Part shown: piece after piece, positions 59,101-63,385 of the stretch | Layout: each line of letters starts with the position of its first letter | Numbering within the stretch: position 1 is the stretch's first letter | Origin: a virus | DNA: 64,000 nucleotides | IMG/VR virus record: IMGVR_UViG_3300042398_001156 | Span: 11,917-75,916 of that record | Strand: one strand, 5' to 3' | Made by a program: the position numbers and the translations under genes | Notes under the pieces: generated by a model | Told to the model about the DNA's origin: nothing | The model's input: only the letters and a program-made list of their open reading frames with translations | Database searches by the model: none

Positions 59101-60486
59101 CATAAACATACTTTGTGCAATTTGACCTTCAGTACTAAAGGATCGTCCAACAGTTCTACCTACTAAAAATCCTTGAAGAGCAGAAATCCCTATTGATGCA
59201 ATAGTACCTACACCACTAATTGCAGTACCTAATAAGCCACCGCCACCTACTTCTATAGCACTACCTGCTAAAGCTACAGAATCAGCAACAACTGCTAATG
59301 CATTAAACGCAGTATTAAAAATATCACCTTGTTGAATGCTTTGTGTTAAACCTGTAACAGAGGTTCCTAAACTATAGACATCTGCAGCAAGCCCTACTCC
59401 AGGAATAAACCTTGCGCCTGCTTCAGTTATTTCTTTAACAACTTTTTTTCCTGCTTTAGTAGTAACAACACCTAAAGTATTTACTACACCTGCAGTATTT
59501 AAAATATCATTTGCAGTATTAAGCGTACGTGCTGTATCTTTAACAGCACCACTAATACGAGCAGTATCACTAATTATATTTGTAATATCTTTAATGTCAT
59601 CAGCTTTTGTAGCAAGCTTTGTTGCTGTATCTGTGACTGTGTTAATAGCTTTACTTGCGTCTGTTAAAGTATTTTGAGCTTTTGCTAAATTATTGCTTGC
59701 TTCTACAGCTTCTTTTTGAGCTTTAACTAATGCTTCTTCTGCATTAATACGAGCTGTACTAGTTCTTCTTAAAGGCTTTGCTTTTTCATAGTTATCTTGT
59801 GCAATTTGTAAAGCTTCTTGTTTTAATTTATTTAAATCTTCAGCACTTTTTAATGATGTTTTAGCTACATCTTCAGCAGTTTTAGCAGTTTGTATACCTT
59901 TAACATTTTCTACTAAATCATTGTTATAACCTTTTAATTTTTGTTTTAATTCAAAGTCATCTTTATATAATTTATTTATTTTTTTAACTTCAACATTATA
60001 TTTATCAATTAAAGGTTTGTTTTTTCTATAGTTACGAAGTTGTTCAAAACGTGCTTCTTGATAACTTTTAAACTTTGAAGTAGGTCCTTGTAAAGCGTTA
60101 GGTCCTGTTGTAAAAGGAACTTGCCAACTAGTAGGTTTCCAAAATTTAATGTCTGTTAAAGCTGATCGAATGTACCCACTGCTTAAACCAGCTCCAATAC
60201 CTGCACCTACAACACCGCCTATTGCTCCATATAATTCGTAAGTATTATCTTCAGGTAACGTATACCGTTCTCGTATGCGCTCCATAAAATCTTGGTTGTT
60301 AACAGCAAAAGGAGAGATAGCCCATTGCTGTAAAGTACGTGTGAACTGCTGATTAGAAAATTGTCTTGCTTGCCCAAAGCCACGCATACCACTGTAAAAA
60401 GGAGCGAGCGCAGGACGTGCATAAATACTTCCTGGGTTCAATTTATTGTATGCAACTTTTCTTAAACGAGGTAATAATAATGCCAT
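35173..60486 (-). CDS. Giant 8437-aa polyvalent protein containing a single-chain two-barrel (beta/beta'-like) RNA polymerase; putative virion-ejected RNAP
   Basis: AYEDALII, GWKIWLGMWGFKG, GEIYVIADADHTAEKMSVNAR (beta-like); SGAIYTYLYRKHPGVR, WVLTARWP, MGADNDGD (beta'-like); DME/AHNGEDFD DEDD motifs; downstream of major capsid. Confidence 0.85.
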   Translation of the reverse strand: MALLLPRLRKVAYNKLNPGSIYARPALAPFYSGMRGFGQARQFSNQQFTRTLQQWAISPFAVNNQDFMERIRERYTLPEDNTYELYGAIGGVVGAGIGAGLSSGYIRSALTDIKFWKPTSWQVPFTTGPNALQGPTSKFKSYQEARFEQLRNYRKNKPLIDKYNVEVKKINKLYKDDFELKQKLKGYNNDLVENVKGIQTAKTAEDVAKTSLKSAEDLNKLKQEALQIAQDNYEKAKPLRRTSTARINAEEALVKAQKEAVEASNNLAKAQNTLTDASKAINTVTDTATKLATKADDIKDITNIISDTARISGAVKDTARTLNTANDILNTAGVVNTLGVVTTKAGKKVVKEITEAGARFIPGVGLAADVYSLGTSVTGLTQSIQQGDIFNTAFNALAVVADSVALAGSAIEVGGGGLLGTAISGVGTIASIGISALQGFLVGRTVGRSFSTEGQIAQSMFMQNLYSGMAQRPLSSIATIVSTIAVPALINLVGSGINVGTKLKPKYLLGEKNLLRQTANWLGTSAIGNQVRAGLSMMTLQGISAFTAPLDEKYSPWKPADPDQVSFVSAISVYGDINDNLYGATRNKSILLGLVKGDSKAMIDALAKSWGTSDELYSSVMFDDIREAAGINLGELGNSAISTLGELLIDPQNAREVINKYYEEYTSEIGASVIARVMEHEGNKIKMAGGGVAKIDGLPKAVDSLGIFSYRLDRNVKQVLAKRLVKAWMTNGAKGVKTFLTNQYVSAGVQLNEKAKVLMTDLDPQIVAVNNLLNNVFTNPNYNYMVGSSEFKKEIQDNYTQYQTLKTKNVLTADEKKLIERFDNTFRELKKTYGANKDEPTLLFEAYKELDIKITPTLAAKLYTQFESLKNHIDNVDVLAGFITHLSNPMSIAAKGLVSSIISFKNFLTNNIDAKQSAVTVENVKDVKESLDKVTKQLLEDLKNKTDLQKSNDTFESVLNRTKKENEQMKILVDAAVKTELDASTVKEELEANKENTDRLQAMLDSNTKQLEADQEYIDEQVINYETGAGIKIRISKSNAKTIRDEVAKFEADHKDNLDDFVKQGVKQKDRNVLMYRAKKNALLNYDHVTEYYKVTANVMNAIKVILVVKNELTLDIEKTLANLLKVVSSLRMYSNTTELVKTSALITQELDDIEKDVERLNKSLDEKTKEVEKLKVVVNSAKAANTGAKNAIATKKLTASAGTKPVYKKATKVKVGDFILVTVEGKGFVVGRITKKETKRGSENDPISGLVEYVKIDYELLDGSGFEGFDTYINPIKKLSPSELLDVSKYESTIMTVDRNEYKITESVEGVKKINEEALAAQRKIIDLEQEKSKIQEALEPLGKRIEVLKESLNDVKTGKVPDKDVQRNTFSRAKFVEDFVENGSMDELVKIANLYGIKVAATYEDEQGNQQTVASLKLIKPNQAKFKLVDVSLTYTRTVEQGVFSFIFGLLKPGTDIDVLLRGLATTDLKDFAIVWSKKTDVEEKYEMLMNVINKAGFSDLINVDTIKQYGGIFEVIALIDNIIAKGSKETPVSLEESNLTLLREVVFSKLLERKEGTFAYRLDLLNKRFVQLNDDIKKLTTIRENDTDKTKIEKQIIKEIILKTLKEVNQQLQYDKMFAFIKAYYFSLNPVVQDVNLFLNLDATRNLLPEKLNKDERLNIVEAADRLNTINSLFIEFLENREGYKAQAALILSEQDENEEGTFREQVVARVQKLEEKKQERFEEQDRKEEIKTDVKKDLEKEKTVARLSESMPLEVLSNLLFDITIKEIEGKQDPYTALINILSGKSAIFIEDITFKLVMSKFAESTDQNFNESSTVEEVVFKSYNEFLKKYGRRSEGHLYYLTKLAEELVRLANKNDIKIDFDALRNSTVGKKVKLYSKRGETYDSTSYKVRLITSIYSADEPITIKIGLQKGEDRRINRMYFVAVSEAVSDYLGKLNPLYSKEEYDDFVNRIINKDPSIKEEIYEKISRDALFKFIRMFQGRNPFNNKHRYLRDLVNDGIRAVEIKDKNNLTERRYTLSTDVYKALTIADQKHFDILNDIVTLGNMQVLVDPDKDDTVLNKLTTGLMKTVWLLNASIEVDRYNKKSVDLRELAYFEEEKDGRIAIYIKKSDPKAVPEKTYLLNYVLKRHVNIKTIYAIIDTLRKNSTNMTPAKSAQVGSKLLTEYYALARQYGRNIIYDTIDVSRESFKGTDAEYDLLNNVGFKILYDGLNTKEILETVVNKDRTSNISIYLRSSIHDAWVNAKNILKDPILTMDFNGTKIQKPSTIEAVFILSVIDPLNKKIPEDIKKLFVEKIAFYQATTTKGFAKQINIENLQNTETSNIRRINILKGYKDMTPAIEEQIKTLEFELIDIQARIKFYEDVSKNIENKKVEEPNELFNYLLNNPEELERVFFNTKGTDEYPYVIAKSIENNKTTYFVVEHYALDGTSNVNENNVKGLPSYNSLIGEEIIKKNDQSLTLELNSKLKTKLSESNIDSSNFDVYSSNDKYVLIINRNNFEIDSSLKYILENSVKTKNNRAREVFIVTPQQFTDILEMSNTFKYVNYFDYIVIKDPTTGKIKGKVETNILNVKSNKGGILNGFINDLENVERLRAQQDTAGTPFKTTQEHYDYVVERLQKYAVLFKQYAIVEPGNTIALDYTKTNDFKKLFRLAKKELAFRRFNELLGYKGYNLDVVGKIFFVNQYIKDGYDLDNLERDVSKSDPNTYNYLTTIKIGDVTLLEKVKEALSVMQKEYKDSDIDFDNYNDIYNKVFLNTLEQLKDTTYSFITKLKYIQESFYKKIIGKLEQYFTSGLEFFITAQEISARIKILREANTNFINDNNKYNENLTMFNTVNRVEERLYGIQRLKEMFNLKQTDGVTLETQIARSVRKTRKFYKEKVKESNARIKGTSINLNWSNLLYVIKNNKNIFEYGDFKNEDLINALSFFNIDQDTVFNTLKDEDFLDIKRLLISVAGSFATYLGQPGITLEQFVAGIKALPEDEFQNISSSYEKLYNFGKMFIDLKLNNNLDSINKDEVLRLQEMLLKQTISTYLTKISTNARKTPTVRLGGEAFMLYEKALAADPNTKDTINSILADLIKKNKEDVAAWYKKPKEEFRTYTLDDPNAEGGKIVTSMSEIIVQLIALVPGLSFNNLDINKTIESIIDKLEDTMFGATNKVAVIDQNTTIPQVKYASVNEYLDNIQDPQIRNITEMFINLIFYRERKNQVTTVEIFEEYLKSYNIEVEKFRTITGDLNLPIDDNVYKVMASFRSKKSEDKFESPYELYSLMKIPLLNDSKDFMSYFKKFILGYTHAYGKEIEHDEITRVNKIRQFFAEIGFTDYEEIVRLFEVYKTVDDLMIVLINKFSSNDNAFVFVSLLNMIKSIYINQKFEGAKWSWSDAVDRFRDKEIRKNIKRVKALEATGTFETNPKKDVFENSILRDIYNSVSYLINAGTYVEDINNRLDTIVLKNEDVPDTNVTPERKYILTTPNNISKIILQQMRDTFKVIFIPNSNPNYNATVAKIIEQALGDISFHYTSEQYAKNIDEVPSRNIDYTALMQRYTNLLKLIKPEVEDINFVRFLEIAIAINNISQRKEFITIYKNDFKKYVDSINDPEQLKRINQQVEDIVNYFNSRRHLLDVTPEFVQAVMGYILINKFDNKTKAQAQTRLRYLEDQIKTISDAQQRYNISKLTSLANQIETAGSIRKAINIIFPKAVLEAMTPKERSEVTKRIQNINDLTKILSSQLNLDKGERLLWDTIEEGVAGDKDYDFKKLPTIVSWELITNTVNKLKEEAVTLTNRLDSLKSMFNFSNTDLAAINKKELELLTQINILESSQVILNNEITTIDKEAKDRKEKILIAVYENTPSLIKEYEEFNEKLLTKAQKENQDKINKFKNKKSVKFFELYDKIRDDLIEAKTWLSTKEYKAFAKIRNTYKKDTFENNVKSLIELGINIQTVEDYNNFIKNAEDKINTINTLQKTLINGVDPKDSKVSKKTWGTYRKGYESIIKNNENRIDNINKYFTDGDKIISDTEDGLSRKGRQLAIARYHVNKIQRAYYGSFKGAAKEIAAKEQKDLKDSLTLDKKSTDILLKSQSEYLNKAENYLAQAQDEYFNTFGLEDFDNYETVIDKAIQDVKNKKETFTFKKHDRANELSYRKFLWATYAQLKINYDLHKLGINKKDITKERYKTELNKLIYLKKFTLQGLLTLTKQLIATINKEDSNYLSSFKIKSSLNVLQVKEKLGKEEGLKEIESKITSYEKEIVLMFEKLEEASDLRESFYQQIKKDWVDSGREIPNTDKTQAEFDAFGKSHPLFDKFREALNKEEEEYSKIDWKKRNLLNDDILKFLIENPYVRNQLNTFITKIKNIVNSSTERLYVRGGDEPTGSWSTSLQIPITYVSSEKLYFVKQSDFKSDEKELEKRKKANRGVAQPSIQEGFEVVGTGSNVTTIEIPREVLLVLERLLELKSYPFDNMDINSFKQKEYILDELKKVEDAINKSTVVETTKDKYSKDQLKELKGEFEITINNLITNQKNYDLEQTIKALIELKSRITKNKVNIKNSNNVINVLKTEGNQDPTTVLKRVAKKVSAETNKEISDEYLASYILSNDTTLYKKEHDDLIAQRKELTDKIVALKKEKEALKDYSTEVPARIAKLNELLEKAESDKKGIQNRYDNLISARKEEKPYGNSNLDTYRNLNKINVEQTSVEVIEKIIKDAGQYYIGGYDKLVQLIKDTNTDGEKNIGLHNGITDGVITAFNYMAQMKKAGQNLPEEFIILDMETVTDSNGNKIPYQLTILKFKNVKGKLSFDVLNQFMTNQIFIEGKTEELVNGKVETKLSPELTRFYEQQRRMYVKEMEGFKAWVNADPTKTKKVWRNTDQDEYYNLLNKTIKDELDKRIDTTIKYVIGQRNDIEVTRLFINEVNAAPKNVPIIAHNGEDFDFPNYNQFIQRLASTLKVNLYYQLIRDNDPKAIRERMEYASVNDAVTRGDAARLIAANKKEITRINQKLKKGIPLNKADLTAIGKFDREIENILIQDVIKNVESRLSIVTNQGRKVSLFTGEKSQYNTIKSLVLDYINEKDPIKRLDIRNAIFKYFNEGWMLRHNIREDAKILAYTDELLKIMEEEFTAQIQQGVDSIAGDPKLTSVRQLITDAVKEELNIADDQVTDFNYNEANTSIDLQVQQVLRFIAFIETSGRKSHKEKLTELATDQAKTLKEYKEVEKTIEDLTKKVEDGVVKKETLFEILRKTSKKLQEITKNTTYRINKVLKEKLNEDKYGYSSTNITNYSLLKIELDNLQLELNNSVQALEKLMSIIEESPNGKIDIESTEVKKLLATFIDSTIISIKDAAEKNKILDAYNKRSQELTTMITLLNNGKVAASSTFDKKIEDIINQKTEEFKALAIVKLQELVETWNNIGPEVLGADFKKIPDLKIDDADLINILNKFFNILKLKENTNIIQDKRFANLVELFSKNKGVTKLLSLLKEKDNLVGKIDTLNMRTLVALAIKDELDYVNNNIDLLNRLKFDRKQTDLEVNTEAVTNKFVEVLSRVKKLDAIKKEMEFDHIYTILNGGKVNIENLAKEERLDSLENLANQKEGLEFIQQLNIPNVTRVYKDVHEGVDRKALVIKEDVALIRRPTENFFIVNLFDNFNGVVNSYKFSLKGGKVSFEFNYTYIEAGKTLEVKTIKLQGPKEDEDINDWLKRFFNYKDAKGQVKLGHTKLPQNIVYLEDGVDHSFESIKRVLSHYEKYRKLGLFELNDEGVRGGKVLTEKFLKDEVFDDAIPDTVLEVINMTQVLKNRFFRFLDVHNYARKKEKINNTKTIYQGLADRTLSRFVSNDPSKYLLLVPSTYSANMVIDWTSEGASKIGVLLDLEKSAEGSSGKSVPIYLPTNVDMPHTLNTNPARIILPYNKQYLEYTPYGLINNIYSFEDKLNRSVKFEELLELYFEQAIKDNPATGDLLTDLLERRAENGTLINTFTPNQLTEKQFEFYKRNIFHKIGMNLEIGFMDMPAAYEDALIIDRKVAKILGANEGWKIWLGMWGFKGAIRFEDGIREKFGVSIIANKSSVQQRGAGGAVLEQTMNSIRKYLVNSELQKRGKELLDNPNKTSAILNKAFIKKYGLTERALRILASKDKELKDLFVIKEGKIILDSGEDYYNILLDLFGEDSVNKVKIFSDLTYDVITEDITIERVTDKGDVVIDNFKGLDIQRGEIYVIADADHTAEKMSVNARLNSNPELAIFNRDIKGNVEGGVPVTPSFVAILGMKGVDFKVLLDQDFRKEISIYSEIQSYGIEKFLEAYAIKLSNGNYDIKKTVDNIKARSETPLIDNAQEYMMFFNMRLESNAKDKSWFDIKLKEINLASRNRAQEFLTSDSGAIYTYLYRKHPGVRQQLLANIDLSLGNLRTSRDSWETLSKKKDWLQLEKLDETTWLKLINAFNYTAKKQNFSGINVKDTGLNYEISLKNKEELEAFIIHLHKQGMTNDSINGVENILYTVNKNNTISFYKNKLGRKFGWVLTARWPIQDANSTPTLKIIGYHDHAAIEANPYMYKMMGADNDGDTIGMIALSQQQFIDGRFDRDDATKESYYDEGYFTWDPIKKERRYVEGYLEKIRKELIPDVKTNKRIQNIGYEYTSVGKSVFEKIRTTYKWSELYGSLYEGIQKDINNLVIPETLDWTETEQKEFLNVAIRKLFNLNTAPDFELKDYKDPAAVKKALEDKRYFNIAARSYLFQKIIDAKKYDLTQYVSRKDFNVVNGEVLEKHLSVKDKEYIIKTGVDEIIRNRKEKANAEIIKKVFFRKLYSVGRNETVTRFQGSKVGILIFGGVRKIQTSKSTLSIFPNINRDQTGNVWNSFKDPLRNIVSVDSLTLTFEKVLGTFRNTIYSTALKDQEAGLSFEDLKEKINKDANNFAKQMLPNFTDQVYNGWFKEVAYNPETKIYIDAVDAVKHKDYFKQDAEDVLVFLYKKLYAAALVVKELTSFAEVMSGPNKVDAVVRHFDTFYKNATSLNPHYLEFIKKYKGYQKNGIVVDKFDEVDEQYLYVFYFSRNEDAIREFKKAINPKAKKKTKEKLENVIQRHASNYLNQSIVDRGTIGTQSIEANNIIGIAKHGPIRMLVSEYLRAFKNRVLASANKVGIRDITLGVDDDHDNAIAIGMDKDTFEMEELLIEDKELKALKEKRIEIKSTQLQGSYRSEASALNAANLLINEYSKKEMFGDIYVPDSVYNQYLNIIVEVSKIFNQEKDLEKALDKTITINGQQDSVNNFLGRLVSLRIVGFRLFRIFNMAYGTFKEIEARYAVTSDSNAKLDMKEIRLLADSYFLYKTIIESLGYKQRIYIRELLPSKYQHAKDFFLGSKEVDVEYVTIGEEGQTSQRINTVKNSTSTRATKDNLHIIASKLSNPYGNDYNEALASISKASDLETESVSQFLKDENLDVLKDPITIEELIEQITDSFKEFKSLKNEKEKSYNNRSKESVNDQISRLVSNELAFYKIENLVREIRTAQISLKENNDELYINQSKLKQLAGKLVTSKKEQEDIILSIEQIEKLDLKDSLKYFKNRLKELLEKKREIQMGALSKSFARNFTSGIFLLHTPEGETIEMIKDGVPRYFGDTPTLTSTDINRFKNTNIMNMDKLIYPLISAASIFKKDIVLLDGNGNKTTKRVYDVKEFYEYLVSNRDFIRLVVQKDAYNTEGLAKKVGDLFVKDDPTWENKSRWDKFLGRRKHSKDIKFKSFQEIIDYVKELNAPIKKSYTFETPINKIIFKGKEYTSVDLNGIDLGSDISPTLKEINIKNWKELKGLLKLLEDKLAQGEVLNIGLVTIDNLMSSYETAYKPFKFTGPLSTWLGQLQYLEKLLMRFNYGFIMRNMLDTWLQLYSEIYKDFDIYGTLKNNKEIIRIMGLTFDVYNMYQDISEERILTLLEVKSSYDKLNKLLLNKTAITKEQVLDVIQNFLNIRYRINGYVEGAQSLKQDELKNRIKYRLENNALVYQKDLDSVLKFLLEDVVGVKSIEDLSKVSNDTTYQLKNKDGVLAILNRTSIRDSVNFLLDIRFAEYFTLYDNLKFGEDKGNIYRARIEKRLKKYTKYKDVDGNPIYNADYNDLKNILFEISAFMQTNAQIDTYRQESFAYLRDLVSQRVALDANDFSTRSFKEVYNEIEEQRTGTSNKTLFGKLLRITKAGYKFFYEDLNTDTENVGRIAGYLLDRQLRGYNFQESVNNSLKRFFNYGLRSPLEMQLLADIPYLSFPVRSIKNWIDRITDPRIVVLLSDVIDGVYGQYADEEGQYSEFELLEMQSGWIRVSKNFGLRIGLGLYDVQNILSDPSAALVGRQRPLLKGIAKFLETRDVMQSIRQLAIAGPITRVLNALPMRENLQQSKLKPFVSRQPYTPVTTIPLVYTVQNYEKYTPRRYRYGRNGRWAKYENIYRDWFNKFGRMRRPTTNPYRLVKNIQWRQYVRYRQSQAMILK

Positions 60487-60496
60487 GCTGTAGAAT

Positions 60497-60507
60497 ATTA
60501 TAACATA
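60497..60507 (-). promoter_or_regulatory. Extended -10 promoter (TATGtTATAAT) 10 nt upstream of the giant-gene ATG
   Basis: Perfect TRTG-n-TATAAT; no SD between promoter and ATG. Confidence 0.65.
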
Positions 60508-60536
60508 AAAAAACCACTGTAAATTATACAGTGGTT
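60507..60536 (-). terminator. Intrinsic terminator after the capsid operon
   Basis: AACCACTGTA-taatt-TACAGTGGTT + T run. Confidence 0.8.
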
Positions 60537-60556
60537 ATTTTTTACTAAACTAAAAT

Positions 60557-60898
60557 CTACTTAATCTTCTTAAAGTCGCCTGATGCTTGAGTATCCATGA
60601 ACTTTTGTGTGGTCTTAGCGACGCGGATCTGACGATCAACGTGGTGTAAGTACTTCAACAATGCGTTATAGTGTCCACGCGTAATTGAGAACTCTTCACC
60701 ATTTACTGGGAACTTTTTAAAGTTTCCGTTAAATGCCACTGTCACAGTGTCTCCAATATATCTTGCGTATAACGGAGAGATAGAGTATCTAAGATTTGAC
60801 TCTTTGTACAATCTAAAGTCGTTTTCACGAGCTTTGTTCTCTTTATCCGTAACACCTTTAATAAGACTGGATGTTAGTTCAAATGTGTCTTTTGCCAT
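60557..60898 (-). CDS. Capsid-associated hypothetical protein (113 aa)
   Basis: SD AAAGGAGG; directly after MCP; VTVAFNG...FPVNG pattern. Confidence 0.7.
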   Translation of the reverse strand: MAKDTFELTSSLIKGVTDKENKARENDFRLYKESNLRYSISPLYARYIGDTVTVAFNGNFKKFPVNGEEFSITRGHYNALLKYLHHVDRQIRVAKTTQKFMDTQASGDFKKIK

Positions 60899-60925
60899 TT
60901 GAGTGCTGCCTCCTTTCAGTAAGAT

Positions 60926-60965
60926 GCGGTTTGACCTATGCCACCGCTAAGGTTAGTATAACACG
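60926..60965 (-). promoter_or_regulatory. Extended -10 (CGTGtTATACT) followed by a predicted leader pseudoknot
   Basis: AACCTTAGCGGTGGCATAGGTCAAACCGC matches 29065-29090. Confidence 0.55.
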
Positions 60966-60967
60966 AA

Positions 60968-62956
60968 CTACTTGATGTTACTTCCTTTGTCGTTACCTTG
61001 TGCGCCTTCTAAAACATCACGTTCTAGAGCATCCACTGCAGGTTTAATTGCACGTGGGCTTAAGGCTAACAACGCAGCAAAGTTAGCGTGGGTATTTACA
61101 GCCACATCTCTAATAAACACGAAGGTTCGGATTTCAGTTGTAGTAGGTTGTGTAGTTAAAGCAGTCACACCATCAACATCTTTAACCGCTGTACCATCAG
61201 CAGCTCTTACAGTAATTGTAAAAGGTTGTTGGATAAATTGACCTTTTTTATAGGCAGCGTTTGATACGTAGAATGGAACAGGTGCGTTGTTACCTTGAAC
61301 CGCTGGGGATCCAGGAACGCCACCTAAGTTAACACCGTCAACGCGTAGTTTTTGAGCACCATCAAGACCAATTGAGTTCTTGTTGTTTTGTTCGTACGCT
61401 TGATCTTCCGTAAGGAATGATGGTTGATATGGTGCGAACACAACTTTAGCACTGAGTGCTGCAAGTTCAGCATGTTTAGGAATACCATAGGTAACCACAA
61501 CAGCTTCAGGACGCTTGATGGCTAAACCGAAACCATCAACTTTAAAACCAATAGATTGACGTTGGTCGATTGGGTCAGCAACACCAGATGAACCTAAAGA
61601 TTTAATAATAATCTTTGGAGCGTCTGACACGCCTTCCATGACTAATTTGACTAAAGCTTCTGCACCGAAGAGAATACCACGGTGGACAGGAAGTTGCATA
61701 AATTCACCTGCGTCAATTAAAGAATTAATTGCGGCAAGGTCTGCACCTGAAGTAGCACCAGATGCACTAGTAACAGCTTCTAATGCTGTATAGCCTGGGA
61801 CTAACACACCAAAGCTGTTAGCAGTAAGTGTACGAGTAGATTTCATAACACGGCATCTAGCAGGAATTGCTTCATCAAGTGAAGCTTGAATGTTACCTGC
61901 AACTAATGTTGGGAATGTAGTCGTAGGAGTTGTTCCAACTTCCCATCTTACTAATTCTTCAATTGCTGAACCGTCTTTAAGATAAGAAGTTCCATTAACA
62001 TAAACCTTAGCTTTAACTTCTGTATTACCACTTCCGGCAATAACAAAGTCTTGGTGTACGTCTAAATAAAAGAACGTAGCGACAGTCGCTGAAACGTTTT
62101 GAACAGCATACAACCGAATGACTTCAGTAGCATCTGCTTTTTCATAAACACCTGGGAATTCAATATCAGGATATGCGAATTCATCCAACATGGTAGGAAT
62201 AAAGGTTAGTTCAAACATATCGAACGTTTCACCTGAAGTCCAAAGTTTACCAGTCGTTTGTTCGATTTCCATATATTGTTTAATACGTGGGTCGTCGATT
62301 AAACCATTGATGAATTCTGCGGAGCAAACATAATTATATTTACCACCGACAGGCTTAACCATCATGCGTTTCATACGAGCAACTAAGAAGCGAAGATCGT
62401 CTAACGTAATTTCATCACCAAATGCAATTGAACCAAAGCCTGCTTTAAATGCAGCAAAGAATTCATTTGGGGTAGCTAACCAGGTTTTACGTGCGTAAAG
62501 TTCCTTGGTTTGGTTTGCAACTTCACCGTATTGAACGGAGCGTTCTGCAATAACTTCATTGACAATACTTAAGTCAATCTTATCGGTGTATTCTGACCAA
62601 CGTCCGAACGAGAACACGTTACCAACTTCAATAGTTTCGTAAGCATGTTTGTCTGGTGCTGGCGGAATACCTTCCTTTAAGGGAGTCAAGCTTGGAGTTA
62701 ATCCAGCCCAACGACGGAAACGAGCGACATTGTCTCCTCTGCGAATCGTTAAAGATTCTGCAGCTTTTAAGTGTACGTAGTTTTCCTCACCGTACTTGAG
62801 GGTGTCGATTAAAATCGTGTTGTAAAAAATGTTGGGATCAAACCCAGCACGATACACACCATTTTCATCGTACAACATACCGATAACCGTGTTCACGTTT
62901 TGTAAACTGTGTAACGGTAACAGTGCTGTTGCGGCGCCTGTCTTATTAATGGCCAT
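60968..62956 (-). CDS. Major capsid protein, N4-gp56 family, with internal insertion and C-terminal extension
   Basis: FRRW..L.P...PLKEGIPP; FGRWSEYTD; ILFGAEA; IIIKSLGSSGVADPIDQRQSIGFK. Confidence 0.9.
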   Translation of the reverse strand: MAINKTGAATALLPLHSLQNVNTVIGMLYDENGVYRAGFDPNIFYNTILIDTLKYGEENYVHLKAAESLTIRRGDNVARFRRWAGLTPSLTPLKEGIPPAPDKHAYETIEVGNVFSFGRWSEYTDKIDLSIVNEVIAERSVQYGEVANQTKELYARKTWLATPNEFFAAFKAGFGSIAFGDEITLDDLRFLVARMKRMMVKPVGGKYNYVCSAEFINGLIDDPRIKQYMEIEQTTGKLWTSGETFDMFELTFIPTMLDEFAYPDIEFPGVYEKADATEVIRLYAVQNVSATVATFFYLDVHQDFVIAGSGNTEVKAKVYVNGTSYLKDGSAIEELVRWEVGTTPTTTFPTLVAGNIQASLDEAIPARCRVMKSTRTLTANSFGVLVPGYTALEAVTSASGATSGADLAAINSLIDAGEFMQLPVHRGILFGAEALVKLVMEGVSDAPKIIIKSLGSSGVADPIDQRQSIGFKVDGFGLAIKRPEAVVVTYGIPKHAELAALSAKVVFAPYQPSFLTEDQAYEQNNKNSIGLDGAQKLRVDGVNLGGVPGSPAVQGNNAPVPFYVSNAAYKKGQFIQQPFTITVRAADGTAVKDVDGVTALTTQPTTTEIRTFVFIRDVAVNTHANFAALLALSPRAIKPAVDALERDVLEGAQGNDKGSNIK

Positions 62957-62986
62957 ATAGGCCTCCTTTTCTTTGAGAGTTCACGT

Positions 62987-63153
62987 GGCTACTTTAGAAT
63001 TCAGATCTATGCTTTTAATAAAAAACGCCAGAAGGATAGCATTAAATAACATAACGGGAAACTGTTATATTACTTCACTACTCATTCTGGCGTAAGCATC
63101 CATGTATAAACTGCCGAGTTTTACACACTTCGATCTGGACACTAAAGTAGTCC
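62987..63153 (-). ncRNA. ~167-nt multi-stem structured RNA in the capsid leader
   Basis: Nested pairings CTACTTTAG/CTAAAGTAG, CAGATC/GATCTG, ATGCTT/AAGCAT, ACGCCAGAA/TTCTGGCGT; lies downstream of GTGtTATATT (63172-63181). Confidence 0.6.
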
Positions 63154-63283
63154 GCTACTATCTACACGTATAATATAACACGTAGATTTCTGTGTATAAA
63201 AGAAAAACACCGTTTCTTTACAATTCACTCATAATGAAGTGCGATAGAATCGGTGTTTAAGATACAGATAATTTTACAATTAT

Positions 63284-63355
63284 CTATTTCTTTTTCTTCT
63301 TCATAGGAGCGGCTGCCATCTTTTTCATCGCCATTCCTTTTTTCTTCATTGCCAT
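63284..63355 (-). CDS. 23-aa Lys/Met micro-protein MAMKKKGMAMKKMAAAPMKKKKK
   Basis: Purine-rich SD (AAAGGATGG); last gene of a basic-peptide cluster. Confidence 0.5.
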   Translation of the reverse strand: MAMKKKGMAMKKMAAAPMKKKKK

Positions 63356-63385
63356 ATTCAATATCCATCCTTTCTTTTAATTTGT

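Noticed and set aside
35173-60486. N4/T7-type single-subunit RNAP or tape-measure protein
   Set aside because: No T7-type motif set recognised, while two-barrel motifs are present in order; no tape-measure periodicity or long-tail genes seen
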